DNA of 46,771 nt from a virus (Duplodnaviria; Caudoviricetes). Every line of letters starts with the position of its first letter. Position 1 is the stretch's first letter. Under the pieces are notes generated by a model. That model made no database searches, was not told the DNA's origin, and worked only from the letters and a program-made list of their open reading frames with translations. Location: the IMG/VR virus record IMGVR_UViG_3300027828_000007, positions 1-46,771 of that record. One strand, written 5' to 3'. The translations under genes and the position numbers were made by a program. Below, one piece after another: positions 28,998 through 37,305 of the stretch.

Positions 28998-29285
28998 TTA
29001 GCGGCCATGGTATTGCCAGAGAACGGCATTGCAATAAGCGTGGACGGCTCCCTCTGTCATATTAGTCTTATGACAGTGTTGTAGGTGTACAGGATGCTTC
29101 AAAAAGTTAGGCGGGAATGCCCGCCAATAGATTGGCTTTGAAGTAATTTCCTTTGGAGGAGGCTCACCCAATGGCGCGTTGCAATAATAACACAGGTTTT
29201 TCTGTTTTCTGACATACTGCTCGCGCACAGCCCTCCTTTCGTGAGGGGAGAGCGCCGTGTAGTCGGTGGGCAGTTCCATCTTCAC
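28998..29285 (-). CDS. HNH/endonuclease VII-like zinc protein
   Basis: QKNLCYYC...HLQHCH...GAVHAYCN. Confidence 0.7.
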   Translation of the reverse strand: MKMELPTDYTALSPHERRAVREQYVRKQKNLCYYCNAPLGEPPPKEITSKPIYWRAFPPNFLKHPVHLQHCHKTNMTEGAVHAYCNAVLWQYHGR

Positions 29286-29309
29286 CTCCTATATAGAGAG
29301 GGCAAGGCC

Positions 29310-29513
29310 CTATTCGCCCAAGAGCCCAAGAACACTATCCCACCCCATGACGGTATTGCGTTGGGAGTCGGCTTCTGACTGTGCAATTTCTGCCTTGAGC
29401 AAGAGCGGTTCTGCCTTTGCCATATAGCCATCAGCTTCCTGCTGAAGATCCTCTGCACGTTTAGCGCAAGCCTCGCGGGCTTCTTTGATTTTATTTAGTT
29501 CATCGGTAGTCAT
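29310..29513 (-). CDS. Hypothetical coiled-coil protein
   Basis: AAGGA SD; coupled. Confidence 0.6.
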   Translation of the reverse strand: MTTDELNKIKEAREACAKRAEDLQQEADGYMAKAEPLLLKAEIAQSEADSQRNTVMGWDSVLGLLGE

Positions 29514-29977
29514 TTGGTTTCCTTTCCTTTATTCACTTGTGCTTCGTATGCGGCGAGGGCGGGCGATAGTGCGTGGTGAATGTCGCGGACCTTCTGACGC
29601 TCTAGGCCGTATCCGGGCGGCATACACGAAACGTCAATCGCCAATGATATTTCATCGGCGTAGGCCGCTGCCCCCGCCAACTCTCCCGCCAGCTTCTTCC
29701 ACTTGGCGGCTTCGGCTTCTGCGGTTTCGGCGCGGCGTTCCGCTTTGGTTGCGCGAGACTGTGCGTCAACCCGTTCCCAATTTTCCGCCCGCAGTTCCCG
29801 CTTAGAAGAACGCAAGCCACGCTCCGCCTCACTCAGTGCAGAGCGTAGGGCGCGCACGCGGTCCGCATCCTGTTGGAGCAATTCGGCATCATGAGAATAG
29901 TGAACATGCGCTTTGCGGTGTTCCAAGTTTTGCGCAAGCCGCTCCACCGCTTCTTCTGAAATGTTGATGTCAGTCAT
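29510..29977 (-). CDS. Hypothetical coiled-coil early protein
   Basis: Operon context and overlaps. Confidence 0.6.
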   Translation of the reverse strand: MTDINISEEAVERLAQNLEHRKAHVHYSHDAELLQQDADRVRALRSALSEAERGLRSSKRELRAENWERVDAQSRATKAERRAETAEAEAAKWKKLAGELAGAAAYADEISLAIDVSCMPPGYGLERQKVRDIHHALSPALAAYEAQVNKGKETK

Positions 29978-30221
29978 GGGCGGGGTCCTTCAAGACTTTA
30001 GAAAAGCGGGCACCCTTCATTGAGCCCCGCAAACGATCAATGGAGTTTTTGCATTCCGCACAATTGGCAGGCCCGTTGCTTGCGCCGGGATTTACAATTT
30101 CGCCATCACTACCGTCCGCCGCACTAGAAAAATCTCTGTCGCAAAAAGTAAATTCGCCACACCCGGCATCGCTGGCGATGTGAATAATGCCCGTGTCTTT
30201 ATCTAGGAGATACTCGGCCAT
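29970..30221 (-). CDS. Cys/His-rich hypothetical protein
   Basis: IHI..TFC...NCAEC; start MAEYLL. Confidence 0.55.
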   Translation of the reverse strand: MAEYLLDKDTGIIHIASDAGCGEFTFCDRDFSSAADGSDGEIVNPGASNGPANCAECKNSIDRLRGSMKGARFSKVLKDPAHD

Positions 30222-30222
30222 A

Positions 30223-30825
30223 TCACTCACCGCCTTTCTTCTGTGCTGGCGTTCCGTGCCAAAACACTTCGCCATTCAAGTTGATTGAAAATATCGGAAC
30301 AATGTCCGCATCAGGCGCATCATCCACGACCTCGATAGCGCGTTGATCCAGCACCTTGTTGCCGCCTTCGGTTCTGATAACGCATACGGCATGGATCATG
30401 GGGGTCACAATCGCCTTCACCCGATATGGGTGTGCGGGGTCATAGCCCTTCGGGAAAGAAACCGCATCCTCATTCGGAAGGTGCATCACCGTCACGAATA
30501 TATCTGCGGGGTCTATTCCCAGTGCGCGGTGAGCAAGTGATGCATAGCAACAGGCGAACCCCTCGCAGTCGCACCACATCGCGTCACGACAAACCAGCGC
30601 GAGCACATCATCTGGGCGTGGCCAATTGGCGTTCTTCTTCTGGCTGTATTCTAGAGCCGAGGATACTTCCTCAAACACATCGAGGGGACTGGATAGCCCC
30701 CAACGTTCCGCGCCATTCCACGGCCAATCCCTCCAAGCCAACACCGCCTCTTTCACGTAGGCCATATCATCAGGAAGGTTCCCGAGCGCAGATGGGTAGC
30801 CGTATATGGTGGGGGTGTTAGTCAT
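30223..30825 (-). CDS. Transglutaminase-like cysteine protease (BTLCP/Peptidase C93, LapG-like)
   Basis: W.RP..., CDCEGFA (cf. GDCEDYA), HAVCV, VLDQR (cf. VLDN), PIFSIN; Cys-His-Asp triad. Confidence 0.75.
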   Translation of the reverse strand: MTNTPTIYGYPSALGNLPDDMAYVKEAVLAWRDWPWNGAERWGLSSPLDVFEEVSSALEYSQKKNANWPRPDDVLALVCRDAMWCDCEGFACCYASLAHRALGIDPADIFVTVMHLPNEDAVSFPKGYDPAHPYRVKAIVTPMIHAVCVIRTEGGNKVLDQRAIEVVDDAPDADIVPIFSINLNGEVFWHGTPAQKKGGE

Positions 30826-31160
30826 CGTATATTCATCTCCGACCGCCTGTTGCTGGATCTTGTGCGCCATTCTTCGAAGCCCATCTCCGCAGCCTTGAGG
30901 GCGGTCTGCTTGAGCCGCATCTGAAGGCGTGTCGCCAGGACTTCCTTATGAAGCCGCTGATACTCTGGATGGTTCTTCGCTCGCTCCTTGGCCGTTGTCT
31001 TCGCGCCTTCGTCATGGTCAAGGATCACGGCCAGTTTCACGTCCAGCTCGTTCTCCTTTACCGCGACGGCATACTTGGCGCGTTCAAAGTCCTCTGCCGC
31101 GATACGCCACATTTCTGCGTATGGCCCAAGCTCGGGAAGGTTATGGCCTTGATTGCTCAT
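30822..31160 (-). CDS. Helical protein, UvsY-like recombination accessory (tentative)
   Basis: AKNHPEY...FEEWRT..SNRR pattern. Confidence 0.5.
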   Translation of the reverse strand: MSNQGHNLPELGPYAEMWRIAAEDFERAKYAVAVKENELDVKLAVILDHDEGAKTTAKERAKNHPEYQRLHKEVLATRLQMRLKQTALKAAEMGFEEWRTRSSNRRSEMNIR

Positions 31161-31303
31161 AGCCCGAACACCAGCCCAAGAAACAGGAAGAACACCCAAG
31201 CCCCGAAGGCCAAGGTAAAGCCCCCGACCAAGCCAATAAGGGCAGTCCCCAAGGCAATACGGGGCGCGTCTTCAATGAGGATTTGTAGGTCAGTTTTTTG
31301 CAT
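31157..31303 (-). CDS. 48-aa membrane microprotein
   Basis: AAGGAG SD; hydrophobic; ATGA coupling. Confidence 0.55.
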   Translation of the reverse strand: MQKTDLQILIEDAPRIALGTALIGLVGGFTLAFGAWVFFLFLGLVFGL

Positions 31304-31529
31304 TGTCGTTCTCCTTCGGGGGTTCAGGTAAGGGCATCCAGTGGGTTGGGTGGATTATGACCGCCCGCGACCACCTCTCAGGCCCACCGTCAAACAGCCG
31401 CCACACATACGGACCACCCGTTTCTAGTTTTTGCATTTTCGCTTTGCAGGCACCAAATCGCGGCGCAAACACCAACACCCACTCATTCCACATCGGTTCG
31501 CCGTGCTTAAGTTCTTGCCATCCGTTCAT
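31290..31529 (-). CDS. DUF551-like protein
   Basis: PTHWMPLPEPP. Confidence 0.75.
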   Translation of the reverse strand: MNGWQELKHGEPMWNEWVLVFAPRFGACKAKMQKLETGGPYVWRLFDGGPERWSRAVIIHPTHWMPLPEPPKENDNAKN

Positions 31530-31954
31530 CGTTCAACCACCGTTCCATCAAGTTTCTTTTTGAATTTCGTATTGCCGAACCCGCGTGATTGAATCTTCGC
31601 CTTGGGCTTCGGCTTATCTCCCCGTTCCATTGCCTCACGGGCTTTCTCTAGGCGCTTGGTCTTTGCGATTTCCCCAATGTCTGAACCATGTGTGGTCGCA
31701 CCTGTTCCAAATGTCTTGGCCTTCGCGCAATGGGCATGGACGAAGAACATATTTGACGGGTCATCTTCCCCACCACGTTCCAATGCCTGCCAATGTTCCC
31801 GAACCATTTTCGATAGCGGGTCGATAGCCTTCTCACAGATAGGACACCCAAGCCGATAAGAGCCGTTTCCGACATGGATAACGTAGCCCTTCGCCATCTG
31901 CCTCATGCAGATCTCGCGGTACATATTGGGGGTGGGGCTCTTGCGCTTGGTCAT
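31526..31954 (-). CDS. HNH endonuclease
   Basis: CPIC...EHWQALERGG.D..SNM..VHAHCAKAKT. Confidence 0.75.
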   Translation of the reverse strand: MTKRKSPTPNMYREICMRQMAKGYVIHVGNGSYRLGCPICEKAIDPLSKMVREHWQALERGGEDDPSNMFFVHAHCAKAKTFGTGATTHGSDIGEIAKTKRLEKAREAMERGDKPKPKAKIQSRGFGNTKFKKKLDGTVVER

Positions 31955-32145
31955 TGGGGTGGCTCCGGTAACGGCATCCAATGGGTTGGCTCGTAGGGCA
32001 CCGCACGACCGTCCTGCCTAATCCACCCCCGCGCGCCCATTCTTGCAAACTCATAGCGCCTCGGGGAAAGGGGATTAGCTCGGCACAACGCAAGAATATA
32101 AACCCCGTCCTTTGGTGCTGTTTCAATTGGCTGCCATTCGGTCAT
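31951..32145 (-). CDS. DUF551-like protein
   Basis: WQPIETAPKDG...PTHWMPLPEPP. Confidence 0.8.
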   Translation of the reverse strand: MTEWQPIETAPKDGVYILALCRANPLSPRRYEFARMGARGWIRQDGRAVPYEPTHWMPLPEPPQ

Positions 32146-32249
32146 GCAATCACCCATGAAACAATAATGAGAACCGAGAATGCCCCGAGAACACCACAGA
32201 AGCACCCGCAGGCAAACGCGGCAGACTCGCTGGTAAATTCATCCTTCAT
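32142..32249 (-). CDS. 35-aa membrane microprotein
   Basis: MKDEFTSESAAFACGCFCGVLGAFSVLIIVSWVIA; ATGA coupling on both sides. Confidence 0.5.
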   Translation of the reverse strand: MKDEFTSESAAFACGCFCGVLGAFSVLIIVSWVIA

Positions 32250-32986
32250 TCTGTCAGCCCTTCTGCTCTTGCGATTGCGTGTCCGATGAGTTCGGGGATT
32301 TGGGGGACGACTGCGTTTCCACAGCAGTCAATAGTATCTCGCACCAATCGAGCGGGTAGCCCATCGCCCATTGATACAGCCTCGAAACCTGATGCCCACT
32401 CAGGCCCGCAGATTGCGCGACAGTCGCCAAGCTTGGTGACTTCCTGGCGACTTGTGCAGGAAAAGGTACGCCAGTCGATGACAGGTCCTTTCCATCCCTT
32501 TTCGCGGGGGTAGGCAAGAGCCCAAAAGCGGTCGCGGGAGTGTGGTGCGCCAACTGCCGACGCAGGAAAGCAATTCCATTCCGCGTCATACCCGATCTGG
32601 GCCATGGCCCCGAGAACCGTCCCCACCCCTCGTCCAAGCAACGCTGCCACGTTCTCCAACAAGACGACTGGGCGTCCCACCATGCAAAGGGCTCGCACCA
32701 CATACCAGAACAGTCCTGTACGCTCTCCGGTAATTCCGGCACTTGACCCCGCGAGCGATGCGTCCTGGCAGGGGAAACCCGCCGTAACCAGGTCCACATC
32801 CTCTCGATATTTGAGACTGGTAATGTCATCGCAAATTACTACCTCTGGCCAATGCTTCCTGAGAACCTTCTGGCAAAACGGCTCGATCTCGCAGAAGGCA
32901 ACCGTCTCGAAATACCCCGTGCGCTCAAGGCCAAGACTAAACCCGCCCACACCGCTAAACAAATCGAGAACTTTGAGCTTCTGCAC
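32246..32986 (-). CDS. C5-cytosine DNA methyltransferase, alpha polypeptide (GTG start 32986)
   Basis: Motifs I FSGVGG, IV GFPCQD, VI ENV, VIII PHSRDR, X GNAVVPQ; motif IX not evident. Confidence 0.9.
   Translation of the reverse strand: MQKLKVLDLFSGVGGFSLGLERTGYFETVAFCEIEPFCQKVLRKHWPEVVICDDITSLKYREDVDLVTAGFPCQDASLAGSSAGITGERTGLFWYVVRALCMVGRPVVLLENVAALLGRGVGTVLGAMAQIGYDAEWNCFPASAVGAPHSRDRFWALAYPREKGWKGPVIDWRTFSCTSRQEVTKLGDCRAICGPEWASGFEAVSMGDGLPARLVRDTIDCCGNAVVPQIPELIGHAIARAEGLTE
32254..32829 (-). CDS. Nested alternate-frame methyltransferase beta polypeptide (M.EcoHK31I-beta-like)
   Basis: 191-codon frame wholly inside the MTase; WPRSGM, LLPTP and LYQWAMGYPLDW (motif IX-like). Confidence 0.7.
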   Translation of the reverse strand: MTLPVSNIERMWTWLRRVSPARTHRSRGQVPELPESVQDCSGMWCEPFAWWDAQSSCWRTWQRCLDEGWGRFSGPWPRSGMTRNGIAFLRRQLAHHTPATAFGLLPTPAKRDGKDLSSTGVPFPAQVARKSPSLATVAQSAGLSGHQVSRLYQWAMGYPLDWCEILLTAVETQSSPKSPNSSDTQSQEQKG

Positions 32987-32996
32987 GTCATCTGCC

Positions 32997-33407
32997 TCAA
33001 AATGGAATTTGAGAATCGTCATCCACATTTCCGACCTCACGGTCAGTAGATGTTTGTGGCCCACCAAGAAGCGCCAGCGTGGAGTTGAACCCCTGCAACA
33101 CAATCTCGGTTGAATAGCGTTTAGCGCCTGACTGATCTTCCCAGCTTCTCGTCTGGACAGAACCCTCGATGTAGAGCTGCGTCCCCTTGTGGACGTACTT
33201 TTCAATGATCTTGCACAGGGGCTCGGAGAAGCAGGAAACACGGTGATATTCCGTCTTCTCTTTCCGTTCCCCAGAATGTTTATCCCGCCAACTCTCATTC
33301 GTGGCGATGCTGAAATTCGCAATCATCTGCCCCGATGAAGTCATCTTCACTTCCGGCTCACGGACAACGTGTCCTAGCAGGATTGCCTTATTGACTGATC
33401 CACTCAT
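32997..33407 (-). CDS. ssb: Single-stranded DNA-binding protein
   Basis: SVNKAILLG..FSIATNESW..KGTQLYIEG..DDDSQIPF. Confidence 0.95.
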   Translation of the reverse strand: MSGSVNKAILLGHVVREPEVKMTSSGQMIANFSIATNESWRDKHSGERKEKTEYHRVSCFSEPLCKIIEKYVHKGTQLYIEGSVQTRSWEDQSGAKRYSTEIVLQGFNSTLALLGGPQTSTDREVGNVDDDSQIPF

Positions 33408-33685
33408 TGTGGTTCTCCTTTAGCCGCCGGGTCGGAGAACGGCTCCGGGTACCCGATGATCGAAGTCTTCCGATAACAGCAGTCAGGAAAGAATGCGGGG
33501 CCATTCTCACTCAGGCACGTGCAGCAGTCGCTACCCCCGCAGGGCCGCTCCATCAACTTATGCTTCAGAATGCCGTGCTTGACGCCAAGCTCTTGCAGCT
33601 CGGCGCAATCAAGGTCGGGTCCCTCCAGCCAGTAGTCGTCGAAAATTTCTTTGGCGAATGCGCGTAGTGCCTCTAGCTCACTCAT
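33404..33685 (-). CDS. Cys-rich hypothetical protein
   Basis: PCGGSDCCTC...CCYR; coupled to ssb. Confidence 0.6.
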   Translation of the reverse strand: MSELEALRAFAKEIFDDYWLEGPDLDCAELQELGVKHGILKHKLMERPCGGSDCCTCLSENGPAFFPDCCYRKTSIIGYPEPFSDPAAKGEPQ

Positions 33686-33690
33686 CTCTC

Positions 33691-34374
33691 TTACCCCGCT
33701 GCCATAACGTTTGTGTCGCCAAGTTGGTCTTTGATTTCCAGCTCGGATCGTTTCTTCGAACAATGCTCACGCAGTTCTCGCTTATAGGTTTCGTTCCAGC
33801 CCTTAACCTCCGGAGCGATTTCCTTCATAATCAGGTCAAGGTGTGTTGTGTCTTCTGCCGCATCAATCTTTGATGTGATCTTTTCCCATGCGCCGTCTTT
33901 CTTGAGCTGCGCGGATGATTTGGGCTTGGTCCCCACGTTCTTTTGTGTCTTGTCATAGAGGGCGAGGCCGAACGGATTACCGAAGGTCATCAGGGCGCGT
34001 TTCATGGCGTCGGTTTCTGCTTCCTTCGCCGCGCCTTCAATGGCTTCGAACAGGTCTTTGGAGATGCCCGAGCCAAGGCCCGTCCCCGTTCGCGCTACCG
34101 TGTCGCGCTCTGGACCCCGCACCACAATGCGGACTTCGGCCTCATAACCAACCTTCCACAAGTCGCCTGATTTCCCCGCATTATCGACGCGGCTCACCTC
34201 GCGGCAATAGACGGTTTCACGATCCCAGTTACCGAACCCAAAGATGCGATTGGCCTCCGCAATGGCGTGCCAGCCTTCGATGTAGGAAAGGTTCCGGCCC
34301 GCTTGGCTTCGCGTGCTTACAACGTCACGCGATAGCGGCGCTTCCAGTTCTTCAATTTGCTCTTTCGTAAACAT
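33691..34374 (-). CDS. sak: Rad52/Sak-like single-strand annealing protein
   Basis: LSYIEGWHAIAEANRIFGFGNW, AAKEAETDAMKRALMTFGNPFGLALYDK. Confidence 0.9.
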   Translation of the reverse strand: MFTKEQIEELEAPLSRDVVSTRSQAGRNLSYIEGWHAIAEANRIFGFGNWDRETVYCREVSRVDNAGKSGDLWKVGYEAEVRIVVRGPERDTVARTGTGLGSGISKDLFEAIEGAAKEAETDAMKRALMTFGNPFGLALYDKTQKNVGTKPKSSAQLKKDGAWEKITSKIDAAEDTTHLDLIMKEIAPEVKGWNETYKRELREHCSKKRSELEIKDQLGDTNVMAAG

Positions 34375-34405
34375 TATTTCGTGTCCCAGATTTCTTTAGC
34401 TGTGG

Positions 34406-34669
34406 TCATTTCCTCGTTAGCCTTTCGCATTCCAATAGTTGCTGCATGATGGGGCCTAGAAACCCGGCATTATCTTTCAGTGCTTCCAGGTATTCAGACC
34501 CCGGCTGACAGTCCGCATAGAGCGCATCGACCTGACTCCTTATCGAATGAAGGCGCTGCTCTACGTCGATGGTTGCGGGGGAATCGGGGAGGGCAGACTC
34601 CCCCGCTGGCGCGGGCGTTGAGAGGGAGTGCCCCGCGCGGTCTGTAATTGAAACAACCTCACCCATCAT
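34406..34669 (-). CDS. Hypothetical protein
   Basis: GGGAG SD before MMGEVV; 5' part reads through twin hairpins. Confidence 0.5.
   Translation of the reverse strand: MMGEVVSITDRAGHSLSTPAPAGESALPDSPATIDVEQRLHSIRSQVDALYADCQPGSEYLEALKDNAGFLGPIMQQLLECERLTRK
34575..34638 (-). other. Twin GC-rich hairpins with C/U-rich loops
   Basis: GCGCGGG/CCCGCGC and GCGGGGGAGTC/GATTCCCCCGC stems, 2 nt apart. Confidence 0.55.
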
Positions 34670-35036
34670 TCTTCTCCCGTTCAATAAGGGCGGATACAGT
34701 AGCGAGGAGGAGGGCGATGGGTTCGGATTTGTGTGTGACTTCAAAAAGCTCCGCCGGGTCGCCAAGAATTATTACGGCACCGATGAAGTGCCCCGTGGTC
34801 TGCTGAATGGACGAGCGGATACACCCCGGCAGCACTGCTTCTGTAAGAGCGATTACCGCTGAAAGATGTGCCCCCGCGTCCCACATTTGCTCGAACACAG
34901 CGCAATCAAGATTGTTCCACCCCGCCTCATAACCAAGGCTCTTTATCTGGGACAACTCCCACACGGGACGTAAATCATCCGGCCCTGTTGCAGCGGTTAG
35001 ACGCGCTTTCAGTTCTTCAAGTTGATCGAGGGTCAT
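34659..35036 (-). CDS. Hypothetical phage protein
   Basis: LTAATGPD...SAVIALTEAVLPG...PIALLLA pattern seen in alphaproteobacterial phages. Confidence 0.6.
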   Translation of the reverse strand: MTLDQLEELKARLTAATGPDDLRPVWELSQIKSLGYEAGWNNLDCAVFEQMWDAGAHLSAVIALTEAVLPGCIRSSIQQTTGHFIGAVIILGDPAELFEVTHKSEPIALLLATVSALIEREKNDG

Positions 35037-35323
35037 TCCGTATCTCCCTTAGCGCGAGCGAGGGCGGCGTCAAGGGCACGCCAAGAATCCGGGCCATAGC
35101 CATAAGCGGTGACGTATGCCTCCGCCTCATCCCAGTTCGACGGTCTGGCAAACTGGCGAAGGTCACCAAGCACCCCCACCAACTCATCAATAAGGGACTG
35201 TTGCGCTTCTATATGGTCGGCGGCGTCCGTCTCCACATAATCGCTCTCTGGCGACCCAGATAATTGGGACATGTTGTGTACGTACTCTCGCAACCGCTTA
35301 ACCAGTTCTTCTGTCTTAGACAT
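35033..35323 (-). CDS. Hypothetical protein
   Basis: GGAGGAG SD; ELVKRLR..AADHIE. Confidence 0.65.
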   Translation of the reverse strand: MSKTEELVKRLREYVHNMSQLSGSPESDYVETDAADHIEAQQSLIDELVGVLGDLRQFARPSNWDEAEAYVTAYGYGPDSWRALDAALARAKGDTE

Positions 35324-35541
35324 CACTCCTCCGAGCCCCATTTAATTCCGTAGCCAGTGGCGTTCTCGTATGCGTCTGTTGTGCCCGCGTAATCACCTTT
35401 GTTGTCCAGGCGAATAGCAGGGCGGCATTTGATTTCCTGCCACCGCTTGAACTCCTCAAGGGTCTTACCTTGAGCCTCGGCCAACTGTTCATCCGTCAGT
35501 CGCCAAGAACCCGGTTGCTCGTCTTTTGTGTGGTCAGTCAT
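35323..35541 (-). CDS. Hypothetical protein
   Basis: GAGG upstream; operon context. Confidence 0.5.
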   Translation of the reverse strand: MTDHTKDEQPGSWRLTDEQLAEAQGKTLEEFKRWQEIKCRPAIRLDNKGDYAGTTDAYENATGYGIKWGSEE

Positions 35542-35737
35542 TGGGCATAACCTCACCGTGCCAGCCCTCGCTGGTTTGCCAAACCCACACAAGTACATCA
35601 CCAAACCGCGCCGCTCCGCCGTTGCGCTTCCCGTGAATTTTGTGTTGGGGCCAATCAGTCCGCTCGCGGAAATTCTCGATGGCATCAAGCACCTGAGACG
35701 CTTCCTCAAGGGTTGAGATGTTGTGTAGTGTGCTCAC
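35534..35737 (-). CDS. Hypothetical protein, paralogue of 36893-37111
   Basis: STLHNI.TLEEA..DWPQH..GKR..WQTSEGWH. Confidence 0.65.
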   Translation of the reverse strand: MSTLHNISTLEEASQVLDAIENFRERTDWPQHKIHGKRNGGAARFGDVLVWVWQTSEGWHGEVMPND

Positions 35738-35822
35738 AGCCCCACCCCCTTAAGAAGAAGACCAAAGGCACACAGAGCCGAAACCAGAACAGCGAGCTTT
35801 ATTGTTTCAGTGAGGAGGAAGG

Positions 35823-36206
35823 TCATTGGGAGTCGCCCTCGGAAGGTGCGTCTCGGAGCTTTTTAAATTCCTCCGCAGGGGAAAACCAATCATCTTTCAG
35901 GATGTGGCCGATGCGCCGAACGTCAGAAAAGCTCGCCTCTGCTCTGATCGTCTTGCCGACCAAATCCGACCAGTCATCGACGCCAGCAATCTCCATGACG
36001 CGGACAATGAATAGCCCCGCAAATCCTTCGCGGTTGGCGGCCTCCGCTTTTGCACCCTGCCCTGTCTTGGCCCCAAGCACATAGCCACCAAAGCCTTGGC
36101 CGCTCCCGCCGTAGTTAAGACCAAGCGTGACCGACAAGAAACAGCCTCGGTCAAACCGGATCGACGCGGACTCTATTCGCGCGTTTTTAATCTCGTAGTC
36201 ACTCAC
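35823..36206 (-). CDS. Conserved hypothetical phage protein
   Basis: IKNARI...YGGSGQGFGGY...W.DLVGK.IR...IGHILKDDWF. Confidence 0.7.
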   Translation of the reverse strand: MSDYEIKNARIESASIRFDRGCFLSVTLGLNYGGSGQGFGGYVLGAKTGQGAKAEAANREGFAGLFIVRVMEIAGVDDWSDLVGKTIRAEASFSDVRRIGHILKDDWFSPAEEFKKLRDAPSEGDSQ

Positions 36207-36385
36207 GACATATCCTCCAACCATTCGGGCCATCCATCAGGGTCAGCACCCGTGACAACCACAGTTTCATCAACAAGAAGAAGCCAGCCAAAGAAGCACA
36301 CAGCCCCCGGAAACATCAAAGGCGGTAAAGCCACCACAAGGGCACCAAAGCAAAGGGCCGCGAGCATTAGGTGGTGGTGGGTCAT
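36203..36385 (-). CDS. Small membrane protein
   Basis: GGAGG SD; hydrophobic. Confidence 0.55.
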   Translation of the reverse strand: MTHHHLMLAALCFGALVVALPPLMFPGAVCFFGWLLLVDETVVVTGADPDGWPEWLEDMS

Positions 36386-36567
36386 TGGGACGCCTCCAAT
36401 TCTTCAACGCGCTTTTGAAGGCTTGCGATTACGGCAAACGCGGCGCTGATTGCCTTCGCGTACCCAAGCGGTATCGAAAGCTCGTCCGTGCGACAGAGGG
36501 CCTCATCAAGCCACGCCCGCCACTCATCAACGCCACCGAATTGCGGGCCGTGTGTTTCATTGCTCAT
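36382..36567 (-). CDS. Hypothetical protein
   Basis: AAGGAG SD; coupled. Confidence 0.6.
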   Translation of the reverse strand: MSNETHGPQFGGVDEWRAWLDEALCRTDELSIPLGYAKAISAAFAVIASLQKRVEELEASQ

Positions 36568-36896
36568 TGTTGTTCTCCTTCAGCTTTTGCGAGGGCTGCC
36601 GCAAGCGCGTCCCGAACGGCGCGGGCCTCGGGGGCTACAGGGTCGCCATGACTGGCAACCCATTCCTCGGACCCGTATTCATCAAATATGAACTTGAGTA
36701 CCGCTTGGGCTGCCTCATAAAGCTCCGGTGCCGCCGCTATAAGGTGGGCGTTGGCTACCTGCTGAACGTCTAAGTTTGGGTTAAGTGCCCCGTAATTGAG
36801 GAACGCGACGAAGTGGCTGTTAGCCCTGATACCAATCTGCGACGGAGATTGTTTCTTAACCTTCCAAGGCCCAGGCGTATATTTCTTCTCCATCAC
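36564..36896 (-). CDS. 'TPGPW...ANAHLIAAAPEL' family phage protein
   Basis: Motif; paralogue of 37302-37634. Confidence 0.75.
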   Translation of the reverse strand: MMEKKYTPGPWKVKKQSPSQIGIRANSHFVAFLNYGALNPNLDVQQVANAHLIAAAPELYEAAQAVLKFIFDEYGSEEWVASHGDPVAPEARAVRDALAAALAKAEGEQQ

Positions 36897-37111
36897 TCAC
36901 CCTCCAAAGTACGTTCATTAATTTCGGCATGCCAACCGGAAGTTGTTTTCCAGATCAAGATCGTTGTCCCGAGGTTGGTTCTGGCAATTCCGCAATGACG
37001 CTTCCCGAGTTTTCGGTGTTGGGACCAGTCCGGCTTCTCGCGCCAGTCCGCGATGGCAGACAATGCCAAACGGGCATCATCGAGGCTTTGAATGTTGTGG
37101 AGGGTGTTCAT
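36893..37111 (-). CDS. Hypothetical protein, paralogue of 35534-35737
   Basis: GGAGG SD; shared motifs. Confidence 0.65.
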   Translation of the reverse strand: MNTLHNIQSLDDARLALSAIADWREKPDWSQHRKLGKRHCGIARTNLGTTILIWKTTSGWHAEINERTLEGE

Positions 37112-37305
37112 TCCGAACCCTCCAGCGGACAATCAGATTCAACACATGCACCAAGAGCTGCGGGCTTGCCGCATCTAGGACATTGATCTTCTTCATCGCG
37201 GAAGGCCCGTCCCCGGTTCGCCTTCACGCGCTCAAGGACTTCGGCGCACAGTTCGGAAATATGCCGCGCTGAATCCAGAGCCGTTCTTTTGGGTATGGCT
37301 GTCAT
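37108..37305 (-). CDS. Small zinc-ribbon protein
   Basis: CPRC...CVESDC; GAGGTG SD. Confidence 0.6.
   Translation of the reverse strand: MTAIPKRTALDSARHISELCAEVLERVKANRGRAFRDEEDQCPRCGKPAALGACVESDCPLEGSE

Noticed and set aside
32987-33322. N-terminal extension of the 358-aa methyltransferase ORF
   Set aside because: Overlaps ssb in another frame; motif I begins just after GTG 32986, which has GAGG upstream
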